Counted from the stretch's first letter, positions 37,765 to 46,625 are shown. The stretch: DNA of 51,798 bases from Acidimicrobiales bacterium (GCA_050633745.1 JBOEHD010000086.1:8378-60175); one strand, 5' to 3'. A program made the numbers and translations. Notes: a model not told the origin generated them from the sequence alone.

Positions 37765-39300
37765 TTACTTCCTTATTGGTTTGGTCTTGCTGGAGGAACC
37801 GGTGGTTGGCTTGGTCATCTTGGAAGGTCGTTTGGCTGGCTTGGCCTTCTTGGTCGAAGATCCTCTGATCGGCTTGGTCTTTGTCGATGAGCCGCTGACC
37901 GGCTTGGTTTTCGAGGTACTTTTTATCGGCTTTGGTTTTGAGGTACTTCTGATGGGCTTCGGCTTTGAGGTACTTCGAGTCCGCTTCGGTTTGGAGGAGG
38001 CGCTCCCAGTCCGCTTCGGCCCGGAAGATCCGCCGGTCGGCTTCGACCGGCCAGAATTCCCCGGCAGCGGTTTACCTGGCCCGCTAGGTAACGGCTTCCC
38101 CTGTTGCTGACCCTCAAGGCGCAGGAACATTTCTCGCTCGCCGCGGTCGATGTAGCGGTTCCAGATGAAACATACGTAGTTGTCAATGTTGTTCAGGAGG
38201 GTCTTCTTGGCGCTGCCGTTGCCTGCTGTCGCCGCTTCGGCCAGGATCCGCGGATTTCCACCGCTGAACAGTTCGCCAAAGTCATCGACCTCGCTGATCG
38301 TTCGGTAACACATGTTCTCTTCGCCGTTCCATCCACCGGAGCAGAGATCATGACGTTCATCACGGGGCTTGAGTAGTGACTTACAGCGATGGCCCATTTC
38401 GTGCAGCATGGTGATCGTCCGTCGAGCCCTCACCATGTCGAAATAGCGCGGGAACAGTTCGATCGTGTTCTTCACTAGGTGCCGAGCCGGGCCGTCGCCG
38501 ACGCCATTCTTCGTCTTGCAACGTATGAAGACCGGCAGAAGATCTCTGAAGCCACCGCAGAAGGCAAGGGACCATTCGGTGAGAATGTCGTCGATGTGGT
38601 GAAGCATCTCCATCGTCTGTTTCTGGGTGTAGTTCTCACCAAACCAATAGGAAAGACTCGACGTTTCGTGCTCCAACGAGGCATGCCACAACACACGAGC
38701 ATCTTCGGGCTTGCGAAGAATGCTCCGGACCTCTTCCTTTGCACACTCGATCATCATGTAGGCCTCGGCGAAGGCCCGCCGCACATCGGTCAGATCACTC
38801 CCGGTGCACTTGCCAGCACCGACTCGTTGGCGGCGAAATTTGGCATCGGAAACGTCGACCTCTGGGGTGATGAAACGATTGCCAATGTATCGAAGCGGCG
38901 GACCGAGGCTCACTCCCGGTTGAACCCGATCCGCGATCTTCGACTTCGACCGCCTCGGACCGGTGCTGCTCCTTGCGGTGGTTGGCGAGGTTCGCTTACT
39001 CCTGCGAGGTGCTTTGCTCGCGCTGGAACGGGTCGCCGGATTGGCCCTCGCTACTCGTCGTCGGCCTGCCACGTCGCGATGGCCCAGCGGTTCGATCCTC
39101 GCCGATTTGTAGTACTTGACCAGGTTCTCGGCATCTTCCCAACTCTCGAAGAGCTCCGGGTCGGCTGCATCCTTCGGAATGTCGCCCCTCTCGGCCGATG
39201 CCTTCAGCCGGGTTTTGAACTCGGATTCGGACCGAGGAGCGGAGGATTTCACTCGTGATCTGGCGGTCCTGGACGCGGGCTCTGTTCGTCTGGTGGGCAT
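37765..39300 (-). CDS. M35/aspzincin-like HEXXH zinc metallopeptidase domain flanked by Arg/Lys/Ser-rich tails
   Basis: YWFG...C...IELFP.YF...TMLHEMGH...D...CY...LA......NIDNY. GGGAG RBS precedes ATG 39300. No signal peptide. Confidence 0.72.
   Translation of the reverse strand: MPTRRTEPASRTARSRVKSSAPRSESEFKTRLKASAERGDIPKDAADPELFESWEDAENLVKYYKSARIEPLGHRDVAGRRRVARANPATRSSASKAPRRSKRTSPTTARSSTGPRRSKSKIADRVQPGVSLGPPLRYIGNRFITPEVDVSDAKFRRQRVGAGKCTGSDLTDVRRAFAEAYMMIECAKEEVRSILRKPEDARVLWHASLEHETSSLSYWFGENYTQKQTMEMLHHIDDILTEWSLAFCGGFRDLLPVFIRCKTKNGVGDGPARHLVKNTIELFPRYFDMVRARRTITMLHEMGHRCKSLLKPRDERHDLCSGGWNGEENMCYRTISEVDDFGELFSGGNPRILAEAATAGNGSAKKTLLNNIDNYVCFIWNRYIDRGEREMFLRLEGQQQGKPLPSGPGKPLPGNSGRSKPTGGSSGPKRTGSASSKPKRTRSTSKPKPIRSTSKPKPIKSTSKTKPVSGSSTKTKPIRGSSTKKAKPAKRPSKMTKPTTGSSSKTKPIRK
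37768..38100 (-). repeat. In-frame 27-30 bp degenerate tandem repeats encoding K-P/T-K-P-x-x-S-T-S
   Basis: KPKRTRSTS KPKPIRSTS KPKPIKSTS KTKPVSGSST KTKPIRGSST ... Confidence 0.85.
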
Positions 39301-39419
39301 GGTTCGACTCCCTGTTGCCGATCGGTCGTTACTTGAAGGACGACGCCACTAGCGGTTTGATACATGACCCAGCCTCGTGACGGCTATCGATTGACCTTGG
39401 GCCTTGCTGCAGTCACTGC

Positions 39420-39449
39420 CCTCACCTCACCTCGCCTCGCCTTGCCTCT
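39420..39449 (+). repeat. 5-bp microsatellite-like tract, 6 copies, in a divergent intergenic region
   Basis: cctca cctca cctcg cctcg ccttg cctct. Confidence 0.65.
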
Positions 39450-39497
39450 GATGGCAAATAGTTCATGGTTGACCGATCCGCTCTATGAAAGACTGTT

Positions 39498-40643
39498 GTG
39501 GTGGATAGAGAAGCGATTTGCCACCCGGGCTTTGAGGCGGTCGCATCGCTAGCGACCAAGCTGATCGAAGCCGCTGGAGGTGGCGCCATCGGCGTTTATC
39601 TCAACGGGGATTGCGTCCTCGATCTCTGGGCTGGCCACCGAGACCCGGAAACCGGGGCGCTGTGGGAGTCCGACACGATGGCCATGTGCTGGTCTACTAC
39701 AAAAGGCATAGCGTCCACCGTCCTGCACATGCTTTCAGATCGCCGGCAGCTCGACTACGACTCCCCGATCGCTAGCTACTGGCCGGAGTTTGCAGCGAAC
39801 GGCAAACAAGACATCACCGTCCGCCAGTTCATGGCCATGGAAGCCGGGCTCTACGATGTCCGGAGCCTGGTCAGCGACCCTGAACAAATGCTCAACCACG
39901 AGGTCATGGCCAGCTTGCTAGCGGCGGCGCCTCCTGCTCATCAGCCAGGCCAAGCTAACGCCTATCACGCTTTCACCTACGGCTGGATCGTTGCTGAACT
40001 GGTCCGCAGCGTCACCGGTGAAACCCTTGGCAAGTTCGTGCAGAAAGAGATCGTCGAGCCCCTCGGCCTCGACGGCTGCTACATCGGCACACCAGCGAGC
40101 GAGCTGGGGCGGGTTGCCGCACCGGCTGAACTGAAACCGGAAACCGCGGTCGCCCGGCGTATCGCCAAGCTGGCCGACCCGATCAGCAGGCTAGTTGGAT
40201 TCAGCCCAAAACGATTCGCCGCCGCTTTCCTGCCTCGAAGCGGCCACAAGGTCATCCCGACCGATCGGTTCTTGGCTGCTGAAGTTCCCGGGGTTAATGG
40301 CGTCTTCACCGCTCGGTCGCTTGCCCGTTTCTACGCCGCCCTTGTCTCACACGACGGGTTAGATGGAGTTCAGCTCTGGTCTCCCAAGACCCGCCGCAAA
40401 GCTACCCGGCAACAGAACGATCGCCGGGATCTCATCGTGCCGATACGCGTGGGATGGCGGCTCGGTTATCACCAGCCGTTCCCGAAGAAACACTCCTCGC
40501 CGGAAGCCTTCGGGTTCTATGGAGCGTACGGCTCCGGGGGCTTCGCCGACCCAGAGCATGGCCTGGCAGTCGGGCTTGTCGTCCAGGAAGCCAAGGGCGT
40601 TCCAATGAAGAAACTCCTACCGGCGATCTACCGGTCGCTGTAG
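39498..40643 (+). CDS. Serine hydrolase, beta-lactamase class C / family VIII esterase-like
   Basis: WSTTKG (SxxK), YWPEFAANGK, YHAFTYGW, ARSLARFY, G.YGSGGFADP. Confidence 0.92.
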   Translation: MVDREAICHPGFEAVASLATKLIEAAGGGAIGVYLNGDCVLDLWAGHRDPETGALWESDTMAMCWSTTKGIASTVLHMLSDRRQLDYDSPIASYWPEFAANGKQDITVRQFMAMEAGLYDVRSLVSDPEQMLNHEVMASLLAAAPPAHQPGQANAYHAFTYGWIVAELVRSVTGETLGKFVQKEIVEPLGLDGCYIGTPASELGRVAAPAELKPETAVARRIAKLADPISRLVGFSPKRFAAAFLPRSGHKVIPTDRFLAAEVPGVNGVFTARSLARFYAALVSHDGLDGVQLWSPKTRRKATRQQNDRRDLIVPIRVGWRLGYHQPFPKKHSSPEAFGFYGAYGSGGFADPEHGLAVGLVVQEAKGVPMKKLLPAIYRSL

Positions 40644-40786
40644 CACTAGAAACCTCACCAGCTCGATCAATTCCGAGCAGATGGCCGAGGAGATGAGGAC
40701 GTTCGCCTCTGGGTTGCTCCGTATAGCAACCATCAAAATGCAGACCTGGCCCGAGCGAACCGCTCCCGCCGTCGAAAGCAGGACCG

Positions 40787-41275
40787 ATGCCAGCAGCCAC
40801 AACAAAACAAGAACTTCAGGCGGTTACCCAAAAGGAGTACGGCAAGCTCGTCAGGCTTTTCGAAAAGGTCGATGACGACACTGCGATGTCGAAGGAGGAC
40901 GACACTTCGATCAAGGATATTGTCGCCCACCGGGCCCACTGGATCGATCTGTTCATCGGTTGGTACAACGACGGCCTCGCTGGCAAGGAGGTGTTCTTTC
41001 CCGCCGAGGGATACAAGTGGAGCGATCTGAAACGCTACAACGCTGATCTCCGAGCAACCCAGAACGATTTCGATTGGCAGTCGGCCGTCGCACTGCTCGA
41101 AACGGCCAATCGGCGACTCGTTTCTTTCATCGAGGCCCACTCGAACGACGACCTCTACGGCGGCCCGATGGCCGGGGCGAACAACAACTGGACACCGGGA
41201 AGATGGGCGGAGGCTGCCGGCCCTAGTCACTACCGATCGGCAGCGAAATACGTCCGGGCCAGGCTCAAGGCTTGA
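40787..41275 (+). CDS. ClbS/DfsB family four-helix bundle protein (DUF1706, DinB superfamily)
   Basis: MPAATTK.EL, SIKDIVAHRAHW..L...WY, PAEGYKW, SHYRSA.K. Confidence 0.88.
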   Translation: MPAATTKQELQAVTQKEYGKLVRLFEKVDDDTAMSKEDDTSIKDIVAHRAHWIDLFIGWYNDGLAGKEVFFPAEGYKWSDLKRYNADLRATQNDFDWQSAVALLETANRRLVSFIEAHSNDDLYGGPMAGANNNWTPGRWAEAAGPSHYRSAAKYVRARLKA

Positions 41276-41392
41276 GATAACGGCTCTGCCCCGGTCGAGA
41301 TACGATTGCGACCGACGAACGTCTGAGTGGAAAGTTGGAGTCTTGCCGAAGTTCTGCCATGTCGAGGTTCAGCCGTATCGATGTGCCCGGGC

Positions 41393-42712
41393 ATGAGCAG
41401 CGGATCTAGCCTGCTCGACGCATTGCCTGAGCCCTCCGCCCGGCGCCTCGCCATCCGGGTGACGCCCGATGCGCTGCGGCGTATCCGTTCCCGACATCCC
41501 TGGGTCTACGACGGTTCCATCGATTCGGTGAATCACGATGACGGTGCGCCCGGCGACATCGGCGTTGTGTTCGACAAGAACCGCAAGTTCGCAGCGATCG
41601 GGCTGTGGGATCCGAACTCGCCGATCCGCCTGCGCATGATCCATGTCGGCAAGCCGGTCACCATCGATGGGGCCTGGTTCGGCGAGCGAATCGCCGAGTC
41701 GGTCGAGCGCCGTCAGGTGATCTTCGACCAGCACGCCCAGAACGCCGACGCCGTTCACCGGCCGGGGTATCGGGCCGTTAACGGCGAGAACGATGGTCTA
41801 CCCGCTCTGGTGGTCGACTGCTACGCCGATGTGGCGGTGATCAAGCTCTACAGCGAGATCTGGTACTCCCATCTTGGCTCGATCGTCGAAGCGGTCATCG
41901 CCACGACGGACAGCTCGACCGTGGTGTTGCGCCTGGCTCGCAACCTGCAGGAACGGGAGTCTTACGGCCTCACCGATGGCGACGTGCTCGTCGGTGATGC
42001 TCCTGACGGCCCCATTCTGTTCAGCGAAGGCGGCCTCACGTTCGAAGCCGATGTTCAGACCGGCCAGAAGACAGGCCACTTCCTCGATCAACGCGCCAAC
42101 CGAATCCATGTCGGCGAACTCTCAGCGGGTAAGCGAGTGCTCGATGTTTTCGCCTCGACCGGAGGCTTCACCGTGCATGCCGCTGCAGGCGGAGCGACCT
42201 CGGTCCACGCCATCGACGCGTCACAGCCGACCCTCGACGTTGTACAACGCAACCTCGACCACAACGCCAACGTTCCAGCGGTGGTTGGCTGCGAGGTCAC
42301 CACCCAGGCCGAAGATGCATTCGACGCCATGGGAGCGCTTAGCCGCTCCGGCCACAAGTACGACATCGTCATCGTCGACCCACCCTCATTCGCTCAGAAA
42401 GCCACAACCGTCGGACGAGCCCGAGCGGCGTACGCCAAGCTCACCAAGCTGGCAATCGGACTCGTCGAAGAGGGCGGAATCCTCGTACAGGCATCATGTT
42501 CAAGCCGAGTTACGCCAGAGGAGTTCTTCGAAACCGTCGCCGAGGCCGCGTACGACCACGGTGCGACCTTCACCGAATTGCGCCGCACCGGTCACGACGT
42601 AGACCACCCGGTCAGCTTCGACCAGGGCGAGTACCTCAAGGCTGGATTCTGGCAGGTCGACCCCGGCTCGGCCCCTGGTCGAGGCAGCCTCTCCGACCAG
42701 CCCGATTGGTAG
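41393..42712 (+). CDS. Class I SAM-dependent rRNA methyltransferase (RlmI/RlmK-like)
   Basis: HPWVY PUA-like N-terminus, GENDGLP.LVVD, GQKTGHFLDQR.NR, VLDVFASTGGF, DPPSFA, ASCS, YLK. Confidence 0.92.
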   Translation: MSSGSSLLDALPEPSARRLAIRVTPDALRRIRSRHPWVYDGSIDSVNHDDGAPGDIGVVFDKNRKFAAIGLWDPNSPIRLRMIHVGKPVTIDGAWFGERIAESVERRQVIFDQHAQNADAVHRPGYRAVNGENDGLPALVVDCYADVAVIKLYSEIWYSHLGSIVEAVIATTDSSTVVLRLARNLQERESYGLTDGDVLVGDAPDGPILFSEGGLTFEADVQTGQKTGHFLDQRANRIHVGELSAGKRVLDVFASTGGFTVHAAAGGATSVHAIDASQPTLDVVQRNLDHNANVPAVVGCEVTTQAEDAFDAMGALSRSGHKYDIVIVDPPSFAQKATTVGRARAAYAKLTKLAIGLVEEGGILVQASCSSRVTPEEFFETVAEAAYDHGATFTELRRTGHDVDHPVSFDQGEYLKAGFWQVDPGSAPGRGSLSDQPDW

Positions 42713-42750
42713 TGCACCAGCGGCTGTGATTCTGGTCGGGCCCGCTGGTT

Positions 42751-43560
42751 CTAACGCCCTTCGCTAAATAGCGACTCGATGAATTCGTAATCGAGAGGAT
42801 CGGGATCCGAGGTAAGCGAGCCGGTGCTTAACGCTCGGCTAACCATGGCGCTGAACGCGGCCATGGTCGCCTGATACATGGAGCTTCCAACGCTCACCCG
42901 GCGTACGCCCCAGGCCGCTGCGTCGGTCAGGCTTACCCCGCCGTTGATTTCGAGCATGGCGTTTATCGGTCCACCGGCCTCATTCACGAAGCGACGAAGC
43001 GTCTGCTCATCAGTCGGGCCGGGGGCATAGAGGCAGCCGGCGCCCGCCGCAGCAAAGGCCTGAAGCCGCTCCAGCGATTCGTCAATGGCGTCCGCACCGT
43101 CGTGCATGATGCGATCAGCGCGAGCGCAGATAACAAACGGGTTGGACTGCCGCGCTGCGGTCTCGACCGCGGCCTCGATGCGTTCGACGGCTAACGACGT
43201 CTCGTAGAAACCGATTGTCGCATCACCTGACCAGTCTTCGATGCTCGCTCCCGAAGCTCCGGTTTGCGCCAGGAGTTCGATGGTTTCGGCCACGTCTTCG
43301 GGCCGATGGCCCCAACCATTCTCGGCGTCGACGCTTACTGGGATCTCGGTCGCCTCGCAGATCTCTGCCGCTCGGTCGATCGATTCCTGCCTGCTGAGAG
43401 CGCCGGCACCATCACGTCGGCCGATGGTGTAGGCATGGCCAGCGCTGGTCGTGCCGAGCGCCTCGGCACCGGCCGCTTGGGCAAGCACGGCGGAGCCGAC
43501 ATCATGCACGTTCACCAGGAGGAAAGACCCCTCGCGGTGGAGCTCTTCGAGCGACTTCAT
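42751..43560 (-). CDS. Isocitrate lyase/PEP mutase family protein
   Basis: NVHDVGSA, LGTTSAG.A, PVSVDAENGWG, GASIED, ARAD, GVRRVSVG. Confidence 0.92.
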   Translation of the reverse strand: MKSLEELHREGSFLLVNVHDVGSAVLAQAAGAEALGTTSAGHAYTIGRRDGAGALSRQESIDRAAEICEATEIPVSVDAENGWGHRPEDVAETIELLAQTGASGASIEDWSGDATIGFYETSLAVERIEAAVETAARQSNPFVICARADRIMHDGADAIDESLERLQAFAAAGAGCLYAPGPTDEQTLRRFVNEAGGPINAMLEINGGVSLTDAAAWGVRRVSVGSSMYQATMAAFSAMVSRALSTGSLTSDPDPLDYEFIESLFSEGR

Positions 43561-43586
43561 CTGGTAGTCCTATCGGTTAGTGGAGA

Positions 43587-44042
43587 CTAGAGCTTGCCGG
43601 TGATCGCATACTGGAGCACGTGCGCTACTTGCTCTGGTGTCTCGGCGACAGCCAGGGCTGCGGCGTCCACCTCTTTCAGGGCGTGACGATGCTCCTCGCC
43701 GTGCACCGTAATCAACGGTTTGTTCAACGCCGCGGCATAGCCGGCATCAAATGCTGCGTTCCACTGTTTGAACTTCTCGCCAAACCTTACAACGACGACG
43801 TCGGCTTCGCTGATTAGGGTGCGGGTGCGGATTGCGTTCAGCTTCGCTCCCTTGTTGTCATACCAGAACGGGTCGCTCTCGGGACCGAGGATCGCCACCC
43901 CGCAGTCGTCGGATGAGCCGTGATCGGTGACCGGCCCGGAAAACTCGACCGGCAAACCGGCATTGGAGGTCGCCTTCTCGATCGTCTCACGCCAATCGGT
44001 GTGAATCTCACCAGACAGATAAACGTTCCATGTCTTTGCCAT
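43587..44042 (-). CDS. ytoQ: YtoQ family protein (nucleoside 2-deoxyribosyltransferase-like)
   Basis: VYLSGEIHTDWRE, PVTDH.SSDD, RFGEKFKQWNAAFDAG, HALKEVD. Confidence 0.9.
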   Translation of the reverse strand: MAKTWNVYLSGEIHTDWRETIEKATSNAGLPVEFSGPVTDHGSSDDCGVAILGPESDPFWYDNKGAKLNAIRTRTLISEADVVVVRFGEKFKQWNAAFDAGYAAALNKPLITVHGEEHRHALKEVDAAALAVAETPEQVAHVLQYAITGKL

Positions 44043-44221
44043 CTGACCAGAGTGCCACGACAGCCGCTGGAGCACCTAAGAAAAAGCCACATCGAAGCGA
44101 CTCGCCGCGCATCATCCTTGGCGAGCGAACCGCCAAGATGCGTCAAGGATGCATGGGAAGCTAACGTCTGATTCCAGACGCAGATTGTGTTGATCTGCGC
44201 TGAGCTCGGGGATGTCAACCG

Positions 44222-45310
44222 ATGAAGATCGACGGTGCGTTGTCCATGTCTCTTTCCGGGACACCCGCTGGGTCAGGATCTGATTCTCGGTCTGCCCCTA
44301 CTGCCAGCCGTGCCAGAGGGGGCGGTGCCGAAGCGGCACAGTTCGAGCAACTAGGCCTCGACGGAGCATGGAGCTTCGAAGGTAACCACGACCCGTTCGT
44401 CCCGCTAGTACTGGCCAGCCAGACCACAGAGCGGATCGAGCTTGGCACCGCGATCGCCGTAGCCTTTGCCCGCACCCCGATGATGAGCGCCCAAATGGCG
44501 TGGGATCTGCAGACGTTGACCGACGGCCGTTTTATCCTCGGTTTAGGCACTCAAATCAAGCCTCACATCGAGAAGCGGTTCGGTATGCCGTGGTCGAAAC
44601 CGGCAGCTCGAATGCGGGAGTACGTGCAAGCGGTCCACGCGATCTGGGACTGCTGGACCACCGGCGAGAAGCTCGACTTTCGAGGCGACTTCTACAGCCA
44701 CACGCTGATGCCGCCGCTGTTTCGACCTCCGCCGCTTCAGGTACCGGTCCCGAAGATCTACCTGGCTGGCGTCGGCCCGCACATGATGAAAGCGATCGGT
44801 GAGGTCGCCGACGGCTTCTTCGTCCACCCGTTCCACTCGCCGGAGTTCCTACAGGCCGAGACCCTGCCAGCCTTGGCGGCTGGCTCAACAGCTGCCGGCC
44901 GACCCGAAGATGTTGTCGATATTGCCTGCCTGACCATCGTGGCCATGGGCTCAGACGAGGAGTCGTTGGCCAAGGCTCGCCACAAAGCCAAGGCCCAGCT
45001 GGCGTTCTACGGATCGACGCCGGCCTACGCCGGGGTGCTCGAACACCACGGATTTGGCGAGCTACAACCGGAACTCAATGCCATGACCAAACAGGGGCGC
45101 TGGAGCGAAATGACCGCGCTCATCGACGATGACCTGCTCGAAACGCTGGCGGTAAGCGGCACACCGGCCGAGGTCGGCGCGGCCATCGCTGAGCGCAACC
45201 GCTTCGCCGATCGCACCACGATGATGTTCTACGGGCCACAACCGTCGGCCGAAGCTCTGGCCGAGGTTACCGCTTCGGTCAGAGCGGCCGAGGCGAACCA
45301 ACCGATGTAA
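44222..45310 (+). CDS. F420-dependent LLM-class oxidoreductase (MSMEG_2256-like)
   Basis: HDPFVPL, GTAIAVAFARTPM, GRFILGLGTQIKPHIEKRFGMPWSKP..RMREY, FYGSTPAY. Confidence 0.93.
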   Translation: MKIDGALSMSLSGTPAGSGSDSRSAPTASRARGGGAEAAQFEQLGLDGAWSFEGNHDPFVPLVLASQTTERIELGTAIAVAFARTPMMSAQMAWDLQTLTDGRFILGLGTQIKPHIEKRFGMPWSKPAARMREYVQAVHAIWDCWTTGEKLDFRGDFYSHTLMPPLFRPPPLQVPVPKIYLAGVGPHMMKAIGEVADGFFVHPFHSPEFLQAETLPALAAGSTAAGRPEDVVDIACLTIVAMGSDEESLAKARHKAKAQLAFYGSTPAYAGVLEHHGFGELQPELNAMTKQGRWSEMTALIDDDLLETLAVSGTPAEVGAAIAERNRFADRTTMMFYGPQPSAEALAEVTASVRAAEANQPM

Positions 45311-45359
45311 GTCCTAGCCAGCGACCACTAACGATTCCGGCGCGGGAGTCAGGTACAAC

Positions 45360-46625
45360 GTGACTAACCACGATCAGCAGAGCGGTGACGACCATCAGGC
45401 AGGCATCCGCGAGGACGTCGGCGACTTCTTGGCTGGAATCAAAGTGCTGGACTTCACCCAGTATCTCGCTGGGCCGGCATGCACCCGGCTGATGGCCGAG
45501 ATGGGCGCTGACGTCATCAAAGTCGAGGCCGCCCCGGCTGGTGATCCGACCCGCAACCGCACACCCGGGATGAACGGGCGGTCCGGCGTGTTCATCCAGC
45601 AAAACCGCGGCAAACGAAGCTTGGCCATCGATCTGCGTCGACCGGAAGGGATCGCCACAATCCACGAACTGGTCCGAAAGGTCGACGTGGTGGTTGAGAA
45701 CTCGACGCCAGGTGTGATGGCCAGGAAAGGCCTTGGCTACGAAGATCTGAAGACGGTTAACCCGGCGATAATCATGGCCTCGGTTTCGGGTTTTGGGCAG
45801 TACGGGCCATACAGCGACCGTAAGTCGTTCGACTTCATCGCCCAGGCGATGTCCGGCATGATGCACATGACCGGCGATCCCGATGGCCCCCCGTATTTTG
45901 TTGGAGTCGGGATAGCCGACACCAACGCCGGGGTTCATGCCTTCGCCGGTATCGGCTACGCGCTGTTCCGCCGCGATCGAACCGGCCGTGGCTGCCACAT
46001 CGACGTTTCGATGACCGACGCGTTGTTCCACATGCACGAGTTCGCGGTGCAGGCTTCGTCGATAACCGGCGACCGTTCGCTACCGCTGCGTGCGGGGCGT
46101 CACTATCAGCCAGCAGCCCCGGCTGGCTCGTTCCGCTCCCCCGACGGTTGGATTGTCATTCTGTGCGCCGACCAGCAGATGGGATTCCTCTGGCAGGCAA
46201 TGGGTCGACAGGACTTGGCCGATGATGAGCGGTTCATCACAAACAACGCTCGTCTACAGCATCGCGAGGTGCTTACCGAGGTGATCGAAGGCTGGATGGC
46301 GAGCCTCCCGAACGATCAGGCGGTACTTGCCGCTCTGGCCGCGGCCGGAGTGCCAGCCGGGCCGGTGATGAACCCAGCAGACGCCGTCGACGACCCACAT
46401 TTTCGGGCCCGTGGCACCGTCCGGGAGATCGACGATCCCCACATGGGTTCATTCCACGTTCCCGGGTTCCCCATCCGCTTTGACGGCCATGCGATCGCTC
46501 CCGAACTAGCCACGCCCTCGCTCGGTGAACACAACGCCGAAATACTCGGCGGGCTGCTGGGTTGGACCGATGCGGAGCTCGACGCGGCGAACACCACCGG
46601 CTTAGTCGTCTCAACCGAGTTCTGA
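45360..46625 (+). CDS. CaiB/BaiF class III CoA-transferase
   Basis: LAGIKVLDFTQYLAGP, NRGKRSLAIDL, catalytic GIAD. Confidence 0.93.
   Translation: MTNHDQQSGDDHQAGIREDVGDFLAGIKVLDFTQYLAGPACTRLMAEMGADVIKVEAAPAGDPTRNRTPGMNGRSGVFIQQNRGKRSLAIDLRRPEGIATIHELVRKVDVVVENSTPGVMARKGLGYEDLKTVNPAIIMASVSGFGQYGPYSDRKSFDFIAQAMSGMMHMTGDPDGPPYFVGVGIADTNAGVHAFAGIGYALFRRDRTGRGCHIDVSMTDALFHMHEFAVQASSITGDRSLPLRAGRHYQPAAPAGSFRSPDGWIVILCADQQMGFLWQAMGRQDLADDERFITNNARLQHREVLTEVIEGWMASLPNDQAVLAALAAAGVPAGPVMNPADAVDDPHFRARGTVREIDDPHMGSFHVPGFPIRFDGHAIAPELATPSLGEHNAEILGGLLGWTDAELDAANTTGLVVSTEF

Noticed and set aside
39296-39325. GGTTCGACTCC resembling a tRNA T-loop or an att site
   Set aside because: T-stem has a mismatch, and there is no acceptor stem, anticodon arm or CCA. 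On the minus strand it is the GGGAG RBS and ATG of the 39300 gene.
39498-40643. True beta-lactamase resistance gene
   Set aside because: No signal peptide, and the motifs fit family VIII esterase-like serine hydrolases.
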